NCBI GenBank assembly: GCA_050084985.1
Contig: JBITNC010000001.1
Span: forward strand, 112,158,001 to 112,222,000
DNA length: 64,000 nucleotides
Direction: 5' to 3'
DNA from: Nageia nagi
Lineage: Eukaryota > Plantae > Pinophyta
Shown here: positions 54,300 to 64,000 of the stretch, piece after piece
Position numbering within the stretch: position 1 is the first letter of the stretch
Layout: the number at the start of each line of letters is the position of its first letter
The notes under the pieces: generated by a model
What the model was told of the DNA's origin: nothing
The model's database searches: none
Seen by the model: the letters and a program-made list of their open reading frames with translations, nothing else
Program-made: the position numbers and the translations under genes

Positions 54300-55600
54300 T
54301 CTGGCTAATTGCTCACAAAGAGCCTTTCTCCTTATGAGGTTAATAAGTCTAATTTTCACATCATATCTTAAAATTTTAGAAATCCATCTAGTTCTCCCTT
54401 CCCTAATTTTTCCTTACATTATATAATATCTAACATCTGGATGTGTAGTTAAAACAAGGACTCTACTCTAACCTATATAATGTTTCAACTTTCCCAAAGA
54501 CTTTAGTATTGATAAGACCTATTTTTCCATAAAATTGTACTTCTCTTCACATTTATTCATATTTTGATTGAAGCAACAATAGAACATTCCTCATTCTTTT
54601 GAAATTTATATGTTAGGATAGCTATAATGATTGAATTAGAGCCATTCACATACAATATGAATTCTTTCCTAAAATCTAGGTTCCTTAAGATAGGTGCCTT
54701 AGTTATTGCAAACTTGATCCTTTTAAATGCTTCTTTTCCTTCTTTAGTTCATTCAAACATAACATTTTTCTTTAACATGAGAGTTATAGGCTTAGCAATA
54801 CTTGAAAATCTTGAATGAATCTTCTTACAAAGTTAATCTATCCTAGAAAAGATTTTTAAGCCTCTTTATTCAAAGGAAAAGATAATTTGTTTATTTCTTC
54901 TACCCTATCTAGATCAATAGCCCAACCTTGTTTTGAAATGACATGTCTAAGAAGCTTTCCCTCATCTACTATAAAAATAGACTTTTTGGATTTAAGGAAA
55001 TTTCATACCTTTTGGATTTGATAAAAGCTTGCTCTAGATGTTGTACCTGGGAACTCCTACCATGAGAAAAAATAGTGATATCATCCAAGTATACTAGCAC
55101 ACTTTTATTTACCATTTCTTTGAAAGCATAGTTCATATCTCTTTGGAAGGTTGCTCTTGCATTTGATAATCTAAAAAGCATTCTATAGATAGCAAACATT
55201 CCCCATTTGGTTGTCAAAGCCATTTTGAAATGATCTTCATTTTTTAACCAAACTTGGTTATACCCTAGAAAACCATCTAGTAATGATAATCTTTCTGCTC
55301 TAACCATAGTATTTAATACTTGTTCCATAGGTGGTAGAGGATAATGAATTTTTAATGAAACTCTATTTAGACCTCTAAAATTCACACACAATCGAATCTC
55401 TCAATTTTTATTTCTAACTAGGTCTAAGTTTGCCACCCATGTAGAGTATTTAATAGAATATATGATACTAGCTTTATACAATTTTAGAACTTCTTATTTC
55501 ATTGCCACTTCAATCTTAGGGTTTAGTGGCCTTAAATTCTATCTAATAGGATTGGTAGCTTCAATCAATTCTATCATATACTAAATTATAGATTTATCAA
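54300..55600 (-). pseudogene. Gypsy reverse transcriptase and native RNase H remnant
   Basis: CVNFRGLN..YPLPPMEQVL..LLDGFLGYNQV..TTKWG..NARATFQR..VYLDD; RNase H FILYVNGS..YNFMEK. Confidence 0.93.
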
Positions 55601-56039
55601 AAACCTTTAGATCATCATACAAATAAGCAATTATATCAACAAAACTCTACATAACTGAATAATCACTTTGATTTGATCGAGGTTGTTACATATGCTAATT
55701 TTTAAAACAATTTTAGGAATAATTTCATACTCCTTATGATTATCAGGGCTTACAATTATACCTTTTCTTCTTACCTAATCATTTCATTCAAAAAATAATT
55801 CAAATAGAATTAGATATTTGGGAATTATATTATTATTCAATTGGATTATATCTTATTCTTGGAAGATGTAAGCATCTTCTTCTCCTATCACATTTCATAT
55901 AGATTATTGTAGCAAAAAATGATTGATTTGAGCCTCATCTCTAAAGACTTGCCCAAAGGAATCATTATCTAAATTGAAAGGTCTAAAGATAAGTTGAACC
56001 CCCTTTTTTTGGAACCAATCATTGGTGGGATCAGAACTA

Positions 56040-56410
56040 GCTCCCATTTGAGCTAGTGCATCATCTTCTTGGTTCAACATCCTTGGAATACATTGTATGT
56101 ATAGAGCTTCAAAATTTTCAAATAGATCCCACACTCTATTTTTGTAAGTCTTTAAATAATGATGTTTAATAGAGCACTTACATGTGACTTGGTTTACAAT
56201 TAACTATGAATCTCCCTTCACATAGTAGATTTGCATTTTAATTGCTTGCTCTAGGCCAAGGTAAAGGGCTTCATACTAAGATCCATTATTAGTGTACATC
56301 CATGTGAGCTTGTATGAGAATTTATGAATTTTTCCCATTGGATCAATTAGGACAATCCTAGTACCTAACCTATTTTTAGATCTAGCTCCATAAAAGAACA
56401 TTTCTCAGAC
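56040..56410 (-). pseudogene. Additional (archaeal-type) RNase H domain (aRH) remnant
   Basis: MFFYGARSKNRLGTRIVLIDP..TNNGS*YEALYLGL..VKGDS*LIVNQV..IPRMLNQEDDALA is the RNase HI-like signature (FDGA..G.G.VL..P / TNN.AEYEAL / GDS.LV..QV / N..ADALA). Confidence 0.9.
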
Positions 56411-56699
56411 TTCACCTTTTCTAAACTCTTCAATGGTGAGAATTAGGATGAAAGGCTCTAGTTCTATCAAATAATAGTTTCCAAACTCCATGTCATAAAT
56501 GGTGCTAAGCATATTCATAGACACGAGATATTTAGTTTGCAATTCTTCCAATAACTACTCACTCTCTTCCAACTCATTTAGGATTGCATTGATCTCCTCC
56601 TTTTCTACATGAACATCATAAATTTTTTCATTATCCAACATTTCTCTCTTGTCTCTATAAGGAATTAAATAATGACTATAATCCATTACTACATAACCC

Positions 56700-58660
56700 C
56701 CTATTTTTGTTGTGAATTCCATAGATAGACATAACCCAAAAAGAGGAGGAAGTTCAACTACTACAATTTCTTGAGTGATGTCACAAAGGGAAAGTTATGT
56801 ATCTTTAGAACTATATCTTTGATAACCCCAATAGTTTTAATTGGGGTTGAGTCTAACTGCAACACTCCTATGGATGTTCTAAGAAGAGGTAGCCCCATTA
56901 CATCACATACTGATTTAGGCATGATAGTAGTGGCTACCCCAAAATTGACTAGATAGTTATGTAGCACATATCTATCAATCTCTAAAGTCATATAAAAATT
57001 TGGTGTTTTATTTTTTTCCATTCTTGCATATTTGGATGTCATGAACAAGTTTAACACACTATTCATTCCTTAATTTAATGTTGTAAGGCCCACCCTTAAT
57101 AAATCAATTTACCTAAGGATTTTAAGGTATCAAATAAAGATATCTTTGAAGGGGTTCTCTTTAATTCTTCCATAATATTGAAATCATGAACAACTAGAGG
57201 ATTATCATCTTTGTCAATGAACCTTTGTTGAAATTGTTGAGTATCATCCCTCCTTTGATGCCTAGTGAGCAAGGAAAACCTTAATTTTTGAATCATCTAA
57301 TCATTGACTTCATCAAATTTAGGCATATTTCTAGCTTTCAAAATTTGAAATTTATGAGATGCAACTTCTATTGGGAGTGTCATGTTCACAAAACTAGGAG
57401 CTATACTGAGCTTCTTGGAGGTTATTGGATTGTGACATTTTGGAGGTTTAGCTCTTTTTTTGCTACTAAGGCAAAATTCATAAAATTAATATTTTGACTC
57501 ATATCATCAACTACGTTAGGTGGAAAAATTCCTCTACTTTTAGACTAGTACTCCTAATATTGATATATAGGGCAAGATGTTTGTTCATGAGCATCATTGC
57601 ATGCTAAGAATAAGCTTACTATCTATCTGAAAGAAGAATTTGGATTTGTATCCTCTACTAACACATGCTGATTTTGAGCTTTTTCTATAGCTAGATATGG
57701 GAATCTCCTAGCATTATTTAATCTACTCAAGAGGGCAATTTGGTTTGCCATATGCCTACACAAAGCTTTCAATTATTATATCTCACTTTTAGAGGAAGCT
57801 ACTTGATTTATTCCTAATTGATGTGGGACTGGTAAAGCTAGAGGAGCTTTTGGGGTAGGCAAGGCTAATGGAAACTATTGAACCGATGTAGGAATACTAG
57901 CCAAAGGTGGGGCCATACAAATTACTAAGGGTATTATTGCTTGGTTTTGTACTAACATTAGAAATTAATGCATTGGCATGTGGTAGGGTAGTTTTCCTAC
58001 AAAAATGAGTCAAGTTTTAGCAAACACTACTTGTCTATAGACTTCTAAAAAAGTGGTTACTCTAAAATTTTAAATTTGCAAAGAGAGATCTGGGGGAAAG
58101 GATATTAAATAATACATCAAAGATTGAGATTTTTGGGGCCTAACCAATAATGAAACTCTTTTAAAAGATTTTTGGAACCTAATATTAAAATCTTGATTAT
58201 TATCCTATTCATATCTTTTGATAGAGGGTAGTTGCGTTAGTAAGAAGAAGGGTCCTCCTACTTCATTAAATTTTAGGATGAAAGGTTCTACTAATTGAGC
58301 CTAAAATGTTATAGATTTGCTAGTAAGGCTTCTATACCAATCAAGGACCTTTCCCTTAGAAGATTATGCTAGTAGTCTTACCATGACATCTTCATGCTAA
58401 AAATTATGGAGCTAAGCCAAATTAGCTAAATCCACACAGTGTTCATAGGCTATCCTCTCTATGGTGGCATTGAACTCAAGTAGATTTTTAAAGACATTTT
58501 TTTGGATATCATGCAATGCAATTAGAGCCAAAGATACCCCATCATCCCATACAAGATAGATATTTGATGTAGGATTAGCCATTTTAGGAGGAGCAGTCCC
58601 AATATGAAGGTTGAATGGTATTGGTCTGAATGGAGATTCTAATGTGTTGATGCCACCCAA
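56700..58660 (-). pseudogene. Gypsy gag and aspartic protease remnant
   Basis: WYRSL..SIT...L...FILKF (Retrotrans_gag); (C)LACNDAHEQTSC zinc knuckle ~57570-57610; LHNYLVNFGVATTIMP (decayed D-S-G protease motif). Confidence 0.8.
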
Positions 58661-58873
58661 AGATCTAGACTTGATTAGGGTCTTTCTTTTGGGAGTACTA
58701 AGTTCTTTAAAATATAGGACCTCTTTATCTACTTTGGATTTTGATCTTATCTTTATAAACTCTAATAGAAACTAAAGAATTTAGGTTCAGGAAGTAGCAA
58801 TAATAACTATAAAAATTACTTTGATACATACCATTAATACTACTTCTAGTAGAGTCACTAATGAAAATTTTGG

Positions 58874-58893
58874 GGTCCCACCAGACATGCAAA
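58874..58893 (-). promoter_or_regulatory. Primer binding site (tRNA-Arg type), decayed
   Basis: Minus strand TTTGCATGTCTGGTGGGACC, compared with the Tat-type TGGCACGCCC[A/G]GTGGGAC; located just inside the 5' LTR. Confidence 0.7.
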
Positions 58894-58903
58894 AAAGATA
58901 TAC

Positions 58904-59990
58904 TATTGATGGAAATTGCATAATATATACACTCTTATATAATTCAACCAAATTACATTATCAATAGGATAACATAGTAACCTGATCTTTGGAGTAGGTT
59001 GGTTCTTTATCTATTAGGTGCAGATGAAAAGAACAACTAACAAGAAAGAAAAAAAAGAGGGTAGAGTGTGAGAAATAAAGCAATAAGGATATAGAGCAAG
59101 AATAAAGAAAGGGGCAGATCACTAGTTCAATGTAGGCTTTCACATAGCATGAAACCTTAGCAAGAATCTAGTGTAGCAGCCATGGTGTAAGCTTTCATTC
59201 TCTAAATTATCATTCAGCTTAACTCTACCATATAACTAGACATAGTTATACCAACAACTCATTGTTATCATTTAGGAAATATCCATTACTTGCCAAAATT
59301 TAACCAAATTAAGAATAATAATGCCAAGTGTTGGATAAGAAAGGTCAAGATGGCATTGTATAATTGATAGAATAAAAGGTCTTTGAAAATAAATACAAGG
59401 GGTAATAGTAATGATTTCAACTAAAATTATACTAGGCTAGAGTGATTATTGATTGATTGAAACAAAATAGTTAAAAAATGGCCCAAAGATTCTAGCCTTC
59501 TTTTAATAAATAGCTAACTATCTTTGCCACATGAAATTTTCTTTCTAAAAACTAAAAGATTTAACTTTGTAATTGCCTCTAAATTATGAGGGGCATGTTT
59601 CTTGGGTGCTATTTGAACTTGTATTACAATTACAAAAGATTCTCTAACTAATTATGATGATTCTAAAGTTTCTTCATATCCTGGTGGTTATTCTAGATCC
59701 TTCTCAATCTTTAACACACATTTTAGAGTCCCTTGTTGAAGTTTTTCTTGGACAAAAATTTTTTTGTTACATCTAACATTATCAATCTTCAAAATCTGAT
59801 TTTTAATGTTTTTATTTTTGTTGATGTCACTTCCTTTTTTGCACCTTTGTAAGGTGAAAGAAGTAACTCCAGGAGATCTTCCTTTTTCTCATGATGTCAT
59901 CCTTCTTCAGATCCATTCTTTCAGCCAAAGTGGGTTTCACTTTACTTAACTAATAGTACATTCTTTCATGCTTCAAAACACCTAACTCAA
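58904..59990 (-). repeat. Gypsy 5' LTR, truncated at its outer end
   Basis: Matches 47573-48650, then switches directly into Copia gag. Confidence 0.88.
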
Positions 59991-59994
59991 CATT

Positions 59995-62900
59995 TGGATA
60001 AGGATATTTATTTTCCAGGGTTTTATTGAATCAAATGAAGTCACCCTTACAACCATGACTGTAGATGAGAAGAAAGAAGTGTTGGAGAATCATAAGAAGG
60101 ATGTCAAAGCATTATTTTCCATCCAATTTGGGATATATGTATCCATATTATCCAAAATTGTAGAGTGTAATACTTCAAAGGAGGCATGGGAAATCTTAGA
60201 TAGCATATACAAAGGATCAACTAAGGTTTGAGTGGCATAGCTCCATTTGTTAAGGAAAGAGTTTGAATCCCTCCATATGAGAGGAAGAGAATATAAGTAT
60301 CTTCTTTTTCAAGATCCAATATCTTATAAATGCCCTCCATTCATACAATGAAGAGATGGGAGATACCAAAATTATGGAAAAGGTGCTCCTAAGCTTGCCT
60401 AAAAAGGTTTTATCCTATTACCATTGCCATTTAGAAAGCAAAGGACCTATCCTAACTCATGCTTATAGAGTTATAGGGTAGTATAAGTGCTTATGAATAT
60501 AAAATCAATGATAGAGTTGAGTCATTATACCAATCTTTCCAAGGATAGTTGAAAATGAAGGACCAATAGCCCTCTTCATCAACTCCTATTTTCTCCTCTT
60601 CATCCTCTCATGGAAGAGATAGATTATCATATGGAAGAAGTCATAGCAGAGGTTGAGGTAGGGGAAGAAGAGGCCATGGAAGAGGTTGTTGTAAAGGAAC
60701 ATCACAAGATAACACCCTTATATATTTTAAATTTTGTAATAAATATGGTCACATAGAATCACATTGCTAGAAGAAGAATCCCAATCTCAAAGCTTAGTAC
60801 ATTGAAGATGAGATCGAAAGCAACATGTTCCTCACCTCTAGTAGTTTACAAGTTGAAGAAGATGTATGGTACCTAGATAGTGGATTCTATAACAACATGA
60901 CTAAAAATAAAGCCCTATATCTTAAGATTGACACTAGTGTCATAGGCTAGGTTAGGTGTGGTGATACAAAAGTGCCAACATCCATGGTATACGAACTGTT
61001 GCCTTTAAGTTTAAAGATGGTAAGATATTATATATGCATAGCACTCTCTTTATTACTATCCTTAAGAATATCCTATTAAGTATTGATTAGCTTAGTATAA
61101 GAGGATATATAATCACCTTAAGAAGAAAATAATGCACCATAGTATATGAGGCTACTAACCAGCTTATAGCCACCATCCATATGACTGAGAGTAGGATGTA
61201 TATACTCAAGATGACACCTCCAGTGAGTTGTTCAAAAGCATCTATTGATTATGCCTAGTTATGGCATAGGATATTTAGTCATTTAAATTTTCACCAATTA
61301 ATTAGTCTACAAAAATTGGTGAGATGCCTTCCTACTATCTCCCATACACCCAATGAGGTCTATGAAACTTGCATTGCAAGCAAGTAACACTTAGCAAAGT
61401 TTTCAAAGCACCAATATAGGTCGAAGTATCCTCTTTAGTTGGTGCATATAGACATGTTTGGACCAATGAAAACTCCTAGCTAAGGTAGTAAGTCAAAATA
61501 AATGCTTATCTTTACTAATGAATTTTTTGGGATGAGCTAGTTTTATCTACTAAAAAACAAGTCTAACTCTTTTGAGGGTTTTGTTAAATTTAAATCACTT
61601 ATTGAAAAACAATTTGGCTATTTTATTAAAAATATTAGAACTAATAAAGGATGACAATTAATTTATAATGAATTTAATAACTTCTACCATTAGCTTGGTA
61701 TTATTAGGAAATATACAATTGTCTACACTCCACAACAAAATGGAGTGGCTGAAAGGAAAAATTGAATAATTATTGAGATGACTAGATTGATGATGAAAGA
61801 AAAGGGACTTCCCACTATTTTTTAGGGTGAATCAATGCATACTATTATATATATTCTTAATAGGTTTCCTAATCAATTTCTAAAGGATACCTCCCTTATG
61901 AAGCTTAGTTTGGTATACAACCAAAAATTTCTAATATCTAGATATTTGACTCAACTTATTTTATGCATATACCAAAAGAAAATAGGAAGAAGCTTGATGA
62001 GAAATCTATCAAATGCATTTTAGTGGGATACTCTAAAGCACATAAGGACTATAGGTGTTATGATCAACTAAGTGGCAAGGATCAAATTAGTAGAGATGTA
62101 ATTTTTGAAGAAGGGGGCCTAACCAATCAAGAAAATGGTGTTGAAGATACCAGTACTAAATTCCAACTTGATGAAGATTATGAACCTTATCACACTATTG
62201 CATGTCCTCATCCTCAACCTTAATCACCATCTTTACTAGCCACTAGTTCATCACAGTAGGCACAACCCAACTAGTCTCCTGTTATTCATACTCCATGAGA
62301 AAAAAATAAGTAGACAATTTATTGCTATCATCCTCTATCATTGATGTTGGATAAAGAGTTTAATTAAAGAATGACTTGATCACAAAATGGAGCTATAAAT
62401 CAAGAGGTAAAAATCTCTTATGCATTAATATCTTCATTTATTGAGCCTTCTTCATATAATGAACCTCTTACCAATGAGGATTGGAAGAAAGCCATGGACG
62501 ATGAAATTGAGCAAATCTAGAAGAGTGATAGCTAGAAGCTTGTACTTTCTCTCGAAGATAATAAGGTAATTAGTATCAAGTGGATTTATATATAGAAATA
62601 TAATCCTAATGAAAGTATTGCAAAGCATAAAGCTCATATAGTTGCTAAAGGATATGCTCAAAAGGAAGCACCCTAGGCATTGTACACCAAGATTGATGGT
62701 TACCTTCTAAAAAATAGTTATCAAAGATGCTTGACAAAAACCATATTGTACAAACAAGTTTAAGGTAGCAACTTTTTTATTTTGTGCATGTATATTGATG
62801 ATATCATTTTTACTAGCACCTCTAATGCTATGATAGACCAATTTAAAGATGCTATTATCAGTCAATTTGGGATGAATGATCTTGAATAGATGAATTATTT

Positions 62901-63670
62901 TCTTTGCATACAATTTAAGTAATCCTCTAGTGGATATTTGGTCACTTAGTCCACATATGTTGAAGATCTAGTAATCCTCCCCACATGTTGATGCAACTAT
63001 GTATTGATACTTAATAGTTAGCCTTACATATCTCACTCCTACTAAGACCAAACTTCATGTTTGCTATCAACAATGTAGCTTGATTCATATATGCACCACA
63101 TTATATGTATTGGATTATAGACAAGTGAATCATACACTATTTGAGTGGCACATGTCAATATGTGCTCTATATAAATCCTCAGACCAAGAAATTTTAAAGG
63201 CCTATAAAGATGTTTATTGGATCAGATGTCATGATGAATAGAAGAGCACATTAGGGTATAGATTCTTTTTTTATAAAATCTTTGGTCTCATGGAGCAATA
63301 AGAAGCAATCCCTATTGCACTTTCATTAACTAAAATTGAGTATCTTACTACATCTACCACTTATACGCAAGACATTTGGATTGCATATATGTTTGAAGAT
63401 TTAGGTATGGATATTGAGCTCCATAATATAGTGCACTATGATAATCTCAGCATGATTTCCATGACTAAGAACTCTATTTTTCATAGTAGGACAAAGCACA
63501 GTCATATAAACCATCACTTTATGAGAGATTTGGTTGAAGATGACTTTATCTAGTTTCATCACTATCCTACTAATGCTCAAATTACAAACATATTTATAGA
63601 GCCATTTCCTATGGATCATTTTTGCTACCTACAAAGCTAGCTTGGAGTACAAACCTTAGACATTTAGGGG
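59995..63670 (+). mobile_element. Ty1/Copia internal region (gag-PR-INT-RT-RH), degenerate
   Basis: KKDVKALFSIQ..TSKEAWEIL (gag); KFCNKYGHIESHC; WYLDSG (PR); LWHR..HLNF, LVHIDMFGPM, YTPQQNGVAERKN, RKKLDEKSIKCILVGYS (INT); WKKAMDDEI..KWIY..VAKGYAQ, MYIDD (RT); LVSWSNKKQ..HSRTKH..HHFMRDLV (RH); PPT TTTAGGGG. Confidence 0.95.
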
Positions 63671-63675
63671 ATAAT

Positions 63676-63840
63676 TATTGGAAAACCTTCAAAGGAATAG
63701 GGTGCTCATTGGACTTTGTATATATTGCATATCTCTTTTACTTTCTTTTCTTTGTATTTTAGTTTTTTCTAATAGAGAAAATGATCTCCTTTCTTCATGG
63801 AGATTAAGGTGGCAATTGAAAATGTTAATCTCCATTCAAA
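63676..63840 (+). repeat. Copia 3' LTR, truncated
   Basis: Matches 1315-1480, then switches to array sequence. Confidence 0.8.
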
Positions 63841-64000
63841 GGAATAGAAAAATATAATGAAATGGAAGAATCATTTTACATGACAAAATAGAAAATTAAG
63901 AATACAAGAGCACAATCTAAGCTTTTAATTTTAATATTTATAACCTTTACATAATAGCATAATCATCATCCCATACTACTCATAGTTACTGAATAAGTAG
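63841..64000 (+). repeat. Array block homologous to 3711-3871
   Basis: GAAAAATATAATGAAATGGAAGAATCAT...CCCATACTACTC..GAATAAGTAG is shared. Confidence 0.9.

Larger units (their letters stand above)
47573..59990 (-). mobile_element. Ty3/Gypsy LTR retrotransposon, Tat clade (TatI/TatII-type domain order), degenerate, nested in Copia
   Basis: Two LTRs, a tRNA-Arg-type PBS, gag-PR-aRH-RT-RH-INT on the minus strand, and a ~4 kb 3' extra region. Confidence 0.93.

Noticed and set aside
44-63619. Short ORFs in the supplied track as real genes
   Set aside because: Nearly all are off-frame or antisense readings of the pseudogenes and retroelements, or AT-rich noise. None has an intact gene structure.

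Overview
Very AT-rich plant nuclear DNA with no intact protein-coding gene. A gymnosperm host is inferred from the domain order of its Tat retrotransposon and from PLS-DYW PPR remnants. Positions ~1-47.2 kb are a decayed, same-orientation tandem mosaic of shared blocks. These blocks carry broken gene pieces: a PLS-E-DYW PPR gene (3 copies), 2-oxoglutarate/Fe(II) dioxygenases (2ODD; about 9 remnants of 3 paralog types), LINE ORF1 fragments, one 5'-truncated LRR-X-type receptor kinase domain, an EXORDIUM-like N-terminus and Copia 3' ends. Positions 47.2-63.8 kb are a degenerate Ty1/Copia element (+) interrupted by a ~12.4 kb Ty3/Gypsy Tat element (-). The Tat element has an extra RNase H between protease and RT and a decayed extra 3' ORF region. 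The window ends back in an array block. The strongest unexplained signal is a ~8 kb central island (29.2-37.4 kb) whose pseudogenes and spacers keep their CpG/CHG cytosines, while sister copies carrying the same inactivating lesions have lost nearly all of them. All alignments and translations were done by eye, so boundaries are approximate unless a motif is quoted.
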